From positions 160,001 to 224,000 of the forward strand of contig JBBRLI010000001.1 of the NCBI GenBank assembly GCA_038231455.1: a DNA stretch of 64,000 bases. Direction: 5' to 3'. The DNA is from Vulcanimicrobiales bacterium (GTDB lineage Bacteria; Vulcanimicrobiota; Vulcanimicrobiia; Vulcanimicrobiales; Vulcanimicrobiaceae). The position numbers were made by a program, and so were the translations under genes. The notes beneath the pieces are model-generated. The model saw only the letters and a program-made list of their open reading frames with translations. It searched no databases and was not told the DNA's origin. Shown piece after piece: positions 17,425-27,242 of this stretch; the stretch's first letter is position 1; each line of letters opens with the position of its first letter.

Positions 17425-18831
17425 CTACTCGGCAGCGGCGGCACTAGAGCCATGGCCTTGGTCGGGACCGATCCAGACCGTTTGAATGTTCGTGAACTCG
17501 CGGATGCCAAACCATGAGAGTTCGCGCCCGTAGCCGCTGTGTTTCACGCCACCAAAGGGCAGCCGCGGATCGCTTGCCGTCATCCCATTGATGAAGACCC
17601 CGCCCGATTCTAGCCGGGCGGCGATTGATTTTGCCCGCTCCAGATCGCGTGTCCAAAGATTGCCGCCCAACCCGTAGCGCGAATCGTTGGCGAGCTTCAC
17701 CGCATCATCGGCATCCTTCGCGCATATGACGGCGGCGGCCGGGCCGAACGTTTCCTCATCGAACATCGGCATACCGGGCGTTACATCGAGTACGATCGTC
17801 GGTTCGAAGTAAAAACCGTCGCGCTGGGCTTCGCTCCCACCGAGCGCGAGCCGACCACCCCGCGTCACGGTTTCTTTCACAAGTCCCGCAAGCGTCTCGC
17901 GCAGATCGTGCCGCGCCATTGGTCCCATCGTCGTCGTGCGCTCGCGCGGATCGCCGATTACCAGCTTCTTCGCCTCGGCGATGAATCGCTCGCTAAACGC
18001 ATCGTAGACCGCACTCTCAACGATAAAGCGCTTCGCTGCGATACAACTCTGACCGCTGTTTTGAAAACGAGACTTGACCGCCATCTTTGCCGCAGCATCA
18101 AGGTCGGCGTCGGCGAGGACGATAAACGCATCCGAACCGCCGAGTTCGAGGACCGTCTTCTTCAAGTTACGGCCAGCCGCGCCCGCGACGGAGACGCCCG
18201 TTTGTTCGCTTCCCGTGAGCGTCACGGCGACGATACGCGGATCGTCGATCATCTTCTCCACTTCTTTGCCGGGAACGATGACCGAAGCAAAGGTCCCCTC
18301 GGGAAATCCGGCCTCGCGCAACACACGCTCGATTTCAAGCGACGACCGGGTCACGTTGGTAGCATGTTTGAGCACGCCGACATTGCCGGCCATCAGCGCA
18401 GGCGCCGCGAACCGGAAAACTTGCCAGAACGGATAGTTCCACGGCATCACCGCGAGCACCGGACCAAGCGGACGATACGCAATGAAGCTCTCGGTCGCGT
18501 TCGACCTCACCGATTCTTCGGCGAGAAATCCGGGGGCGTGTTCGGCATAGAAGTCGCAGGCGCTCGCGCACTTCTCGATCTCGGCTTCGGCCTCGACGAT
18601 CGGCTTGCCCATTTCGCGGGTGATGATCTCGGCCAGTCGCGACTTTCGTTCACGAAGCAATTTCGCGGCTGCGCGCAGCTTTGCGGCCCGCTCGTCAAAC
18701 GACGTGGTCCGCCAATCGTGGAAGGCGGTTCGAGCACGTTCCAGCGTCGCATCGAGCCGGATTGCGGTAAACGGTTCGAACGCATCGAGGGTGCGCCCAG
18801 TCGATGGATCGGTCGTCGAAATGGTTTGCAT
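17425..18831 (-). CDS. NAD(P)-dependent succinate-semialdehyde dehydrogenase (Sad/GabD1-like aldehyde dehydrogenase)
   Basis: AVMPWNYPFWQVFR, TLTGSE, LELGGSD, QNSGQSCIAAKR, EETFGP and PFGGVKHSGYGRELS motifs. Confidence 0.92.
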   Translation of the reverse strand: MQTISTTDPSTGRTLDAFEPFTAIRLDATLERARTAFHDWRTTSFDERAAKLRAAAKLLRERKSRLAEIITREMGKPIVEAEAEIEKCASACDFYAEHAPGFLAEESVRSNATESFIAYRPLGPVLAVMPWNYPFWQVFRFAAPALMAGNVGVLKHATNVTRSSLEIERVLREAGFPEGTFASVIVPGKEVEKMIDDPRIVAVTLTGSEQTGVSVAGAAGRNLKKTVLELGGSDAFIVLADADLDAAAKMAVKSRFQNSGQSCIAAKRFIVESAVYDAFSERFIAEAKKLVIGDPRERTTTMGPMARHDLRETLAGLVKETVTRGGRLALGGSEAQRDGFYFEPTIVLDVTPGMPMFDEETFGPAAAVICAKDADDAVKLANDSRYGLGGNLWTRDLERAKSIAARLESGGVFINGMTASDPRLPFGGVKHSGYGRELSWFGIREFTNIQTVWIGPDQGHGSSAAAAE

Positions 18832-19000
18832 CAGCGATAATTTCCCCGCTTACAGCCGTTGACAAACGGAGATCGAAGGCCGGGCCGGAGTTCGAACCCA
18901 CCATGCAGCAAACAACGCCGTCCCGGTCGTGTCTCTCGTTTTGTTCAGAACTTCGTAAGGAACTAATCATCACCGCTCGCGGAAGGGTACCCCACATCAG

Positions 19001-19501
19001 ATGGATGTCCAGGAACGTTTGCCACACGCACTTGAGACGCGCGCGATTACCCTCCAGGTCAACGGGGCTTCGCACACGTTTGCGGTCGAACCGCGTGTGA
19101 CGTTGCTCGATGCGCTTCGCGAGCGTCTCGCACTGACCGGGACGAAAAAGGGGTGCGATCAAGGCACATGCGGTGCGTGCACGGTGCTCGTCGATGGGCG
19201 TCGTGTCAATTCGTGCCTCACGCTCGCCGTGATGGTTGAGGGACAAGCAATTACAACGATCGAGGGCCTCGCAAGCGGCGAGCAACTGCACCCGATGCAA
19301 GCGGCATTTCTCAAGCACGACGGCTTTCAGTGCGGGTTCTGCACACCGGGACAGATCGTCTCTGCCGTCGCTCTGCTCGCGGAAGGCCGTCCAACCGATC
19401 CGGCGGCGGTCCGCGAGTGGATGAGCGGCAATCTCTGTCGCTGCGGAGCGTATTGCAATATCGTCGATGCGGTGCGTGATGCAGCGGAGGGCGCGCGATG
19501 A
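19001..19501 (+). CDS. Xanthine dehydrogenase/aldehyde oxidoreductase 2Fe-2S subunit (PaoA/YagT-like)
   Basis: GTKKGCDQGTCGACTV, QCGFCTPGQ and GNLCRCGAY motifs. Confidence 0.92.
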   Translation: MDVQERLPHALETRAITLQVNGASHTFAVEPRVTLLDALRERLALTGTKKGCDQGTCGACTVLVDGRRVNSCLTLAVMVEGQAITTIEGLASGEQLHPMQAAFLKHDGFQCGFCTPGQIVSAVALLAEGRPTDPAAVREWMSGNLCRCGAYCNIVDAVRDAAEGAR

Positions 19502-20472
19502 ACGCGTTTCGCTACGAGCGCCCAAGCGATGCGTTGGGCGCGATTGCGCTCCACGCTCCGCGCGCGCAGTACATCGCCGGTGGGACGAATCTCTTGGATT
19601 TGATGAAGGACGACGTCGAAACGCCGGAGCTCATCATCGATATTTCGCGCCTACCGTACTCGGCGATCGAATCGTCCGAGGCGGGAGTGCGCGTTGGTGC
19701 GCTCGCCCGCATGAGCGATGTCGCCGACGATATCGCCGTCGCATCGCGTTTCCCAATTGTCGCCGAGGCGCTCCTCGCTGGAGCATCACCGCAGTTACGC
19801 AACATGGCGACGATCGGCGGGAACATTCTTCAACGCACGCGCTGCGCATATTTTCGCGATCCCTCGCAAGTTTGCAATAAGCGCGAAGCGGGCAGCGGAT
19901 GCGCGGCACTCGGCGGCGTGAACCGGATGCACGCCGTCATCGGCGCAAGCGACGACTGTATCGCTACGAATCCCTCGGATCTCGCCGTCGCGCTCACCGC
20001 CGTCGATGCGATCGTCCACGTGCAAGGGCGTGCGGGCGAGGAACGCGCGATTCCGATTACCGATTTCTATTTGCTTCCCGGCACCACGCCGCGGCGCGAG
20101 AACGTTTTGGAGCCAGGCGATCTCATCATTGCCGTCGAGATTCCGGCAAGCGCGGTAGCGCATAATTCGACGTACCTCAAGATCCGTGACCGCGCATCGT
20201 ATGAATTTGCGCTCGTCTCGGTCGGAGCCGGATTGGAACGTACGGGCGGCGTCGTTCGCGCGGCGCGGATCGTTCTTGGCGGCGTGGCACCCAAGCCGTG
20301 GCGCGTCTCCGAGGCCGAAGCACGGATCGTCGGCACATCGGGCGATGCAGGGGCGATCGACGCAGCGGCAGATGCGGCAATCGACGGCATGCGCGGCTAT
20401 GGCGAAAACGACTTTAAGATCGAACTCGTGAGGCGTGCCGTCGTTCGCGCGTTGCAAACGGTGGCGGCATGA
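19498..20472 (+). CDS. Xanthine dehydrogenase family FAD-binding subunit (PaoB/YagS-like)
   Basis: IAGGTNLLDLMK, ASPQLRNMATIGGN, RCAYFRD..CNKR..GSGC (4Fe-4S insert) and KIRDRASYEFAL motifs; ATGA overlap with the upstream gene. Confidence 0.92.
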   Translation: MNAFRYERPSDALGAIALHAPRAQYIAGGTNLLDLMKDDVETPELIIDISRLPYSAIESSEAGVRVGALARMSDVADDIAVASRFPIVAEALLAGASPQLRNMATIGGNILQRTRCAYFRDPSQVCNKREAGSGCAALGGVNRMHAVIGASDDCIATNPSDLAVALTAVDAIVHVQGRAGEERAIPITDFYLLPGTTPRRENVLEPGDLIIAVEIPASAVAHNSTYLKIRDRASYEFALVSVGAGLERTGGVVRAARIVLGGVAPKPWRVSEAEARIVGTSGDAGAIDAAADAAIDGMRGYGENDFKIELVRRAVVRALQTVAA

Positions 20473-22655
20473 GCACGCTCGTTGGCGCACCGATCGACCG
20501 CGTCGATGGACTTCGCAAGATCACGGGCACGGCAAACTACACCGGAGATTTGCCCGCGAACCAGCTCGCGCACGGCGTCTTGGTGCTCTCCACCATCGCG
20601 AGCGGCCGCATTACGCGCATCGACGAAGCGGCCGCCCGCGCGGTGCCGGGCGTGCTCGAGATCATTACCCATGCGAATGCACCCCGCGTTAAGACCGAAG
20701 GTCAGGGCGGCGTCGAGCGCACCCTGCGCGTACTCCAAGATGACCGTATTCTCTACGATCGCGAGCCGGTCGCAGTTGTGATCGCCGACTCACTTGAAGC
20801 AGCGACCGAAGGCGCGGCCGCCGTGCGCGTTGAGTACGAAGCAGAACCGCCGGTGACCACGATCGACGCCGGCGTCAAATTGCCGGTCGATGAGGACGAC
20901 GAACCCGAACTCGTGCGCGGCGACGCTGAGGCTGCATTTGCCGCATCGGCGGTCAAGGTCGATGCCATCTACACAACGCCGATGGAACATCACAATCCAC
21001 TCGAACCGCACGCAACACTCGCCGAGTGGGATGGCGCGCTACTCACCGTACACGAGTCGACGCAAGGCGTCTTTTCCGCGCGCAAGCGGTTCGCCGAGAT
21101 TTTCGATCTGCCGCTCACGGACGTGCGCATCGTCGCGAAATTCATCGGTGGTGGATTCGGTTCGAAAGGTTCGGTCTGGCCGCACGCGGTGCTCGCCGCG
21201 ATGGCCGCGCGCTTGCTCGCGCGCCCGGTAAAAATCGTGCTGCAACGCTCGCAGATGTTCGGCTCCGTCGGCTATCGTCCGGAAACGCGCCAGCGCGTCG
21301 CGCTCGGAGCAAACAGCGATGGCGCACTCACCAGCACGATCCACGAAGTCACCTCGCAAACCTCGATGTTCGATGACTTCACCGAATCGGCGACGGCGAT
21401 CTCGAAGATGCTCTACGCCTCGCCCACCGCACACACAAAACAAACGCTTGCGCGCACCAACCAGGCGACACCGACGTTCATGCGTGCGCCGGGTGAGAGC
21501 AGCGGATCGTTTGCGCTTGAGTCCGCGATGGACGAACTTGCGTACGCGACCAAGCTCGATCCGATCGAGTTACGCCTACGCAACTATGCCGAGACCGATC
21601 CGAACGACGGCAGCGCGTATTCGAGCAAATCGCTCCGCGCGTGTTACGAGATGGGCGCGGATTCGTTTGGTTGGTCAAAACGCACGCCCGAGACGCGCTC
21701 GATGCGCGCGGGACGTATGCTTGTGGGATACGGGATGGCGACGGCAACCTATCCTACTTACCGCAGTGGAGCAGCAGCGCAGATTCGCATCAACCCCGAT
21801 GGCAGCGCAATCCTCCAGTCAGGCGGCGCGGATATCGGCACGGGTGCCTACACGGTCTTCACGCAAGTCGCGGCCGAGTTTCTTGGCATCGCGCTCGATC
21901 GTGTGAACATCGACCTTGGCGACACGCTCTTTCCGCTCGCGCCAATTGCGGGCGGATCGATGCTCACCGCAAGCGTTGCCTCCGCAATCAAAGTCGCCGC
22001 GCTCGACGCACGTGGCAAAGTCATCGCTCTTGCCGTTGCCGATCAGTCCTCGCCGCTCCACGGAGCGAGTCCCACGGAAATCTCCGCGGAAGACGGACGT
22101 CTGTTCGTGGCTAGCGATCGAGCGCGAGGTGAAACCTATGCCGCGATCCTCGACCGGCATGACGGCATCACGGTTGAAGGCAATGCCCAAACACAAATGG
22201 GCCCAAGCGAGGAGCAATACGCGATGCACGCGTTTGGCGCGCAATTCGCCGAAGTGCACGTCGATCCGGACCTGGGTGAAGTGCGCGTGAAGCGCTTCAC
22301 GGGAGCCTTTGCCTGCGGGCGGATTCTCAACGCGAAGACCGCGCGCAGTCAATTCCTCGGTGGTATCACGTGGGGTATCGGGATGGCGCTGACCGAGCAA
22401 ACGCGCCTCGACGAACGCACCGGACGGATCATGACGGCAAATCTCGGCGACTATTTAATCCCCGTGCATGCCGACGTGCCGCACGTCGAGACGATACTCG
22501 TCCCCGAGGACGATCCGCTTGTGAATGAAGCGGGCGTCAAAGGCATCGGCGAAATCGGAATCGTGGGCGTCGCAGCAGCCATCGCAAACGCCGTGTATCA
22601 CGCAACCGGGAAACGCATCCGCGATCTCCCGATCACACCGGACAAGCTGCTCTAG
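20469..22655 (+). CDS. Xanthine dehydrogenase family molybdopterin-binding subunit (PaoC/YagR-like)
   Basis: HHNPLEPH, IGGGFGSKG, FMRAPGE, DIGTGAYT and GVKGIGEIG motifs. Confidence 0.92.
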   Translation: MSTLVGAPIDRVDGLRKITGTANYTGDLPANQLAHGVLVLSTIASGRITRIDEAAARAVPGVLEIITHANAPRVKTEGQGGVERTLRVLQDDRILYDREPVAVVIADSLEAATEGAAAVRVEYEAEPPVTTIDAGVKLPVDEDDEPELVRGDAEAAFAASAVKVDAIYTTPMEHHNPLEPHATLAEWDGALLTVHESTQGVFSARKRFAEIFDLPLTDVRIVAKFIGGGFGSKGSVWPHAVLAAMAARLLARPVKIVLQRSQMFGSVGYRPETRQRVALGANSDGALTSTIHEVTSQTSMFDDFTESATAISKMLYASPTAHTKQTLARTNQATPTFMRAPGESSGSFALESAMDELAYATKLDPIELRLRNYAETDPNDGSAYSSKSLRACYEMGADSFGWSKRTPETRSMRAGRMLVGYGMATATYPTYRSGAAAQIRINPDGSAILQSGGADIGTGAYTVFTQVAAEFLGIALDRVNIDLGDTLFPLAPIAGGSMLTASVASAIKVAALDARGKVIALAVADQSSPLHGASPTEISAEDGRLFVASDRARGETYAAILDRHDGITVEGNAQTQMGPSEEQYAMHAFGAQFAEVHVDPDLGEVRVKRFTGAFACGRILNAKTARSQFLGGITWGIGMALTEQTRLDERTGRIMTANLGDYLIPVHADVPHVETILVPEDDPLVNEAGVKGIGEIGIVGVAAAIANAVYHATGKRIRDLPITPDKLL

Positions 22656-23890
22656 GCGGCCGCTTCTAGGTTCGGCTCTCGTCGTGTCACGCGGATTGCG
22701 ATAACCGCCGATAGAACCAACAGAGCCGCAGCGACAAACCAGGCAGCTCCCGGCAGATGGGCGTCACGATGTCGACCGACGCTCTGTGAGTACACGAACG
22801 TGAAGAGCGCGGGTCCTGCAAGCGAGGCGATCCCGCGTAAACTGCCGAGGGCGCCTTGGAGTTCGCCTTGCTCCGTTGCATCGACTCGGCGCGACATCAT
22901 CGCCTGCGCTGCCGATGCCGCGATGCCCCACAGCATGAGAATCGGCGTCCCGAGGTTGAGGATCAATCCCGTCGGCGCAAACCCGTAGATAGCCATCCCG
23001 GCAGCGCCGAATGACAATCCGCCAGAGAGCGCAAGCCGCTCGCCAAATCGATCGATTGCCGGTTTGATCAGCAGCGCTTGTGTGAGAACGGAAAAGATTC
23101 CGACGAGTGCGAGCGAGAGTCCGATCGCGCGCTCGTCCCACGCGTAGCGTCCGACGACGTAGAGGACGAAGATACTCGGGAGCGCTGCGCCCGCGAGCAC
23201 GGAAAGAAACGACACCGAGGCGAGTCCGAAGAGTTCGCGGTGTGAGCGCAGCATCTTGAGCGAGCCAACGGGATTCGCGCGGCTCCACGCAAACGCGCGG
23301 CGCAGCGCTGGCGGCAGCGATTCCGGCAGCACGAAAAAGCCGTACACGCCGTTAAGCAGACTGAGTCCGGCCGCAAACCAAAACGGATAATGCGGATCGG
23401 CCGCGCCGAGCAGACCGCCAACCGCAGGCCCGATGATAAAGCCAATACCGAACGCCGCGCCGAGCATTCCAAAGCCGGCCGCGCGCTTTTCCGGCGGCGC
23501 GACGTCGGCAACGTAGGCATATGCCGTCGTCGCGCTTGCCGAGGTGATGCCGGAGAGGACGCGACCGACGAACAACCACGCAAGATTCGGCGCCAAGGCC
23601 ATGATGATGTAGTCCATGCCGAGGCCGATATTCGAGAGAATGATGACCGGCCGACGCCCAAAGCGGTCGGAGAGCGCGCCCAAGATCGGCGACATCAGGA
23701 ACTGCATGAGCGCAAAGACGGTACCGAAGATCCCGAAGATCACGCCGGCTTGCGCGTTGTCGCCGCCGACGAAATTGATGACAAGCTTCGGGAACACCGG
23801 TGCGATCACGCCGAAGGCGAGCATGTCGAGCGTCACCGTAGCAAAGATAAACGCAAACGCGCCTTTGCGCGGAACGACGGCTGGCTCCAT
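22652..23890 (-). CDS. TCR/Tet-family MFS efflux transporter (DHA1)
   Basis: GALSDRFGRRPV (motif A), FGIGFIIGPAVGG (motif C), LPESL and QGELQG. Confidence 0.88.
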   Translation of the reverse strand: MEPAVVPRKGAFAFIFATVTLDMLAFGVIAPVFPKLVINFVGGDNAQAGVIFGIFGTVFALMQFLMSPILGALSDRFGRRPVIILSNIGLGMDYIIMALAPNLAWLFVGRVLSGITSASATTAYAYVADVAPPEKRAAGFGMLGAAFGIGFIIGPAVGGLLGAADPHYPFWFAAGLSLLNGVYGFFVLPESLPPALRRAFAWSRANPVGSLKMLRSHRELFGLASVSFLSVLAGAALPSIFVLYVVGRYAWDERAIGLSLALVGIFSVLTQALLIKPAIDRFGERLALSGGLSFGAAGMAIYGFAPTGLILNLGTPILMLWGIAASAAQAMMSRRVDATEQGELQGALGSLRGIASLAGPALFTFVYSQSVGRHRDAHLPGAAWFVAAALLVLSAVIAIRVTRREPNLEAAA

Positions 23891-23943
23891 GTCGCAAGAT
23901 TCGTGCGCGGGCAATCGACCTTCCTCGGCAGAAGGCCGCGACT

Positions 23944-24600
23944 ATGACGGTCACCCGAACGCTGCTGCACCTCATCCGCCACGCCGATGCGATCCCGCCC
24001 GACGACGCCGCGATCAGCACCGCCGGATACGAAGATCTTCCGCTCTCGGAAAAAGGCACCGCGCAGGCCTTTGCGCTTGCACGACGTCTCAAAGGCGGTC
24101 CGTCGCGACCGGACGCGATTTACTCGAGTCCAACGCTACGCGCCAAGCAAACCGCCGATACGATCGCCGAGACCGTCAATTTGACCGTGGCGACCGACGA
24201 TCGGCTACGCGAGATATTTCTTGGCATCGAACCTGCAGCGAGCATGCCGCCCCGAGAACGCGCTGCCGCCGTGCGCGCTCGGCTCCAAGAACTCGCCGCA
24301 ATCGCTATTCGCGATGGATCGTGGGCCGCGGTTCCCGGCTGCGAACCCGGCGTCGAAGTGCGCGCGCGAATGCGCGAGGCGATCGACGAAATCGTCGGCC
24401 GTCATCCCGGCGGAAGTATCGCACTTGTCTCACACGCCGGTTCGATCAACGCGTACCTCGCCGAGATTCTCGACATGCAGCGCGATTTCTCGTTTCCCGT
24501 CGGCAACACGTCGCTTAGCACCGTCCGCTTCGCCGACCATCCGCCGATGGTCGTGCGGGTCAACGACACGGCGCACCTCGAAGTCCACACCCGCGTCTAA
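23944..24600 (+). CDS. Histidine phosphatase family protein
   Basis: LIRHA, YSSPTLRAKQTA, LREI and LVSHAG motifs. Confidence 0.85.
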   Translation: MTVTRTLLHLIRHADAIPPDDAAISTAGYEDLPLSEKGTAQAFALARRLKGGPSRPDAIYSSPTLRAKQTADTIAETVNLTVATDDRLREIFLGIEPAASMPPRERAAAVRARLQELAAIAIRDGSWAAVPGCEPGVEVRARMREAIDEIVGRHPGGSIALVSHAGSINAYLAEILDMQRDFSFPVGNTSLSTVRFADHPPMVVRVNDTAHLEVHTRV

Positions 24601-24729
24601 TTCAGCGAGACGAAAGCCATCTGGTCGGAAAGCTTTCGCCCCTGCAACTATCCTAGCAGAGGCCGATTTCGACGCGGTAAAAAATTACCCGGTGATTCGT
24701 TTCGCCCGGCTCGGGAATGATTCGAAGCG

Positions 24730-25647
24730 ATGACGACGCACGACATTCCCAAGCGCCGGCTCGGTCGTACGAACGAGCAGGTTTCGATGGTCGGCCTTGG
24801 CGGCTTCCACATTGGCAAGCCCGATATTCCCGATGGTGATGCCATCAAATTGATCCATAGCGCGATCGACCGTGGCATTACGTTTCTGGACAATTGCTGG
24901 GATTACAATAACGGTAACAGCGAATTACGAATGGGCCGAGCCCTACAGGTGAAAGGGTACCGCGATCGCGTGTTTCTGATGTCGAAGATCGATGGGCGGA
25001 CGAAGGCGGCGTTCACCGAGCAGTTCGAACAAACGCTGAATCGGCTGCTCGTCGATCATGTCGACCTCATCCAATTTCACGAAAACATTCACGCCGACGA
25101 TGCCGACCGGATTTTTGCCCCGGGCGGCGCGTTCGAAGCGGCGCTCGCAGCAAAGCAGGCGGGCAAGACGCGCTTCATCGGATTTACCGGCCACAAGTCG
25201 CCCAAACTCCACCTACACATGATCGAGATGGCAGCAAAACACGACTTCGTCTTCGATACCGTGCAGATGCCGCTCAACGTGATGGACGCGCATTACGAGA
25301 GCTTCGAGAAACACGTGCTTCCGGTCGCACTCGAACGCGACATGGGAATCATCGGCATGAAAACCTTCGGCGACCACGCGATTCTCGATACGAAGGCCTT
25401 GCCGCCGATCGACATGTTGCACTATGGGTTCAATTTACCGACGAGCGTCGTCGTAACCGGTATCGACAAACCCGAAATTCTCGATCAGGCAATCGAGGCA
25501 GCAACCTCGTTCAAACCGCTCGACGACAAACGCGTCGCCGAGCTGCTCGCAAAGACACGCGACCTTGCCAAAGATGGCGAGAGCGAACTCTACAAAACCA
25601 CGCACTTCTTCGATGGCACGGTGCAGAACCCGAGTTGGCTCGGCTAA
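24730..25647 (+). CDS. Aldo/keto reductase
   Basis: GLGGFHIG, GITFLDNCWDY, SELRMG, DHVDLIQFHE and RFIGFTGH motifs. Confidence 0.88.
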   Translation: MTTHDIPKRRLGRTNEQVSMVGLGGFHIGKPDIPDGDAIKLIHSAIDRGITFLDNCWDYNNGNSELRMGRALQVKGYRDRVFLMSKIDGRTKAAFTEQFEQTLNRLLVDHVDLIQFHENIHADDADRIFAPGGAFEAALAAKQAGKTRFIGFTGHKSPKLHLHMIEMAAKHDFVFDTVQMPLNVMDAHYESFEKHVLPVALERDMGIIGMKTFGDHAILDTKALPPIDMLHYGFNLPTSVVVTGIDKPEILDQAIEAATSFKPLDDKRVAELLAKTRDLAKDGESELYKTTHFFDGTVQNPSWLG

Positions 25648-25661
25648 GCGCCGAGCCGAAC

Positions 25662-26675
25662 TTACGCGGGGACGAGCGCGATGCCAGCGCCGATCGCACG
25701 CAGCTTCGCGTAGGCGATCTCCCGATTCATCGGCGCCATGCCGCAATTCGTCGAGGCGATGATCCTCTCGCGCGGGACGTACTGCGCAGCAAGATCGAGC
25801 GTCGCACGGACATCTTCAGCCGTCTCGATCGTATCGCTAGCGACATCGATTACGCCGACGGCGACATCTTTATTTTTTAAACCGCCGAGGACGTGCGCGG
25901 GAACGTGCGACCCCGCGAGTTCGATCGCGATCTCATCCGCCGAGCTACGCGAGAGGAACGGGAAGATGTGCGAGTACTGATCCCACTCCGCGCCAAGCTC
26001 CGCTTTCCATTTGACGTTGGCCTCGATGCCGTAGCCATAGCAAACGTGCACGGCTTTACGAACGTTGATGCCCGCAAATGCCATGTCGACTGCATCGATA
26101 CCCCAGGCATCGACTTCATCAAAGAACACGTTGAAGGCCGGTTCGTCAAGCTGGATCACGTCGACGCCCGCGTCGACTAAGTCGCGAATCTCCTCATTGA
26201 GCACCCGCGCGAATGCGAACGCCGCGGCTTTGCGCTCTTTGTAGAATCCATCGTACAGCGTGTCGACGATCGTCATCGGCCCCGGCAGCGTGAACTTCAG
26301 CGCACGCGCCGTGAACGATCGAGCCGCCTGCACTTCATCGAGATGGACCGGTCGCGTGCGTCGGATCGCGTCGACAATCGATGGGCAGTCGGCCTCGTAG
26401 CGATCGTTCCGAATGCCGCGCCGAACCTTCTTCTCATTGTCGATCCCCTCGAGCGCCTCGAGGAACCCATGCACGAAGTGGACGCGTGACTGTTCGCCAT
26501 CGGTCACACACTCGATTCCGGCGGCTTCTTGTTCTGCAATCGCGATCCGCGTCGCATCGTGTTTTGCTTGGCGCAAATCGGGACCGCTCAAGCGCCACGT
26601 GGGCCACAGTTTTTCGGTCTCCGCAAGCCACGCGGGTTTGGGCAGACTGCCGGCAATCGAACTCCGATAATGCAT
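25662..26675 (-). CDS. Cobalamin-independent 'core' methionine synthase family protein (MesD-like, catalytic domain only)
   Basis: IAGSLPKPAWL, TDGEQSR, PGPMTIVDT, QLDEPAFN, Zn ligands HVCYGYG and TNCGM. About 337 aa, lacking the MetE N-terminal half. Confidence 0.82.
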   Translation of the reverse strand: MHYRSSIAGSLPKPAWLAETEKLWPTWRLSGPDLRQAKHDATRIAIAEQEAAGIECVTDGEQSRVHFVHGFLEALEGIDNEKKVRRGIRNDRYEADCPSIVDAIRRTRPVHLDEVQAARSFTARALKFTLPGPMTIVDTLYDGFYKERKAAAFAFARVLNEEIRDLVDAGVDVIQLDEPAFNVFFDEVDAWGIDAVDMAFAGINVRKAVHVCYGYGIEANVKWKAELGAEWDQYSHIFPFLSRSSADEIAIELAGSHVPAHVLGGLKNKDVAVGVIDVASDTIETAEDVRATLDLAAQYVPRERIIASTNCGMAPMNREIAYAKLRAIGAGIALVPA

Positions 26676-26725
26676 CTGCCGCGCTTGCCCGCATCGCCTG
26701 TTCCGTCCTGTTCGTGCCGCGCCTG

Positions 26726-26734
26726 TGGTACGAT
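26726..26734 (+). promoter_or_regulatory. Extended -10 element (TGgTACGAT) 6 nt before ATG 26741; likely leaderless transcript
   Basis: Sequence tgtggTACGATccgggcATG with no SD. Confidence 0.5.
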
Positions 26735-26740
26735 CCGGGC

Positions 26741-27205
26741 ATGGCAGTAGCGCAATCGGACGCGGCACTCGTCAAGGCCGCTATCGACAAATTCGCACCG
26801 GACGTCAAAAAGACGATCGCCTCCGTGCGTGCGGCGTTGCGCAAACGATTCCCCTCGGCGTACGAACTGGTCTACGACAACTACAATTTTTTCGTCATCG
26901 GTTATGCGCCAAGCAACAAGCCTTCGCACACGATCGTGACTCTCGTGGCAGATGCGCACCATGTCGTCATTTCATTTTATCGCGGGGCCGATGTCGCCGA
27001 CCCGAAGGGCCTCTTGCATGGTGAAGGAAAGCAAAACCGCTTTCTCCACTTACCCGATGGCGCCGAGACCCTCGCACAGCCCGCCGTTCGCGCGTTGATC
27101 GATGACGCCGAAGCGCGGGCACCTGAGCCCATGCCGAAAACCGGCAAAATCGTGACCATCATGCGCTCTGTCTCAGCGAAACAGCGTCCACGCCGACTCG
27201 TCTAA
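26741..27205 (+). CDS. DUF1801-like domain protein
   Basis: AYELVYDNYNFFVIGY, DPKGLLHGEGKQNRF and SVSAKQRPRR motifs. Confidence 0.7.
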   Translation: MAVAQSDAALVKAAIDKFAPDVKKTIASVRAALRKRFPSAYELVYDNYNFFVIGYAPSNKPSHTIVTLVADAHHVVISFYRGADVADPKGLLHGEGKQNRFLHLPDGAETLAQPAVRALIDDAEARAPEPMPKTGKIVTIMRSVSAKQRPRRLV

Positions 27206-27242
27206 GCATCGAGATCTACTCACCCGCTTGGAAACGATGTTC

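Noticed and set aside
22652-23890. Acquired tetracycline resistance gene
   Set aside because: Generic chromosomal Tet-like MFS with host-like composition, no tetR and no mobile context; substrate unknown.
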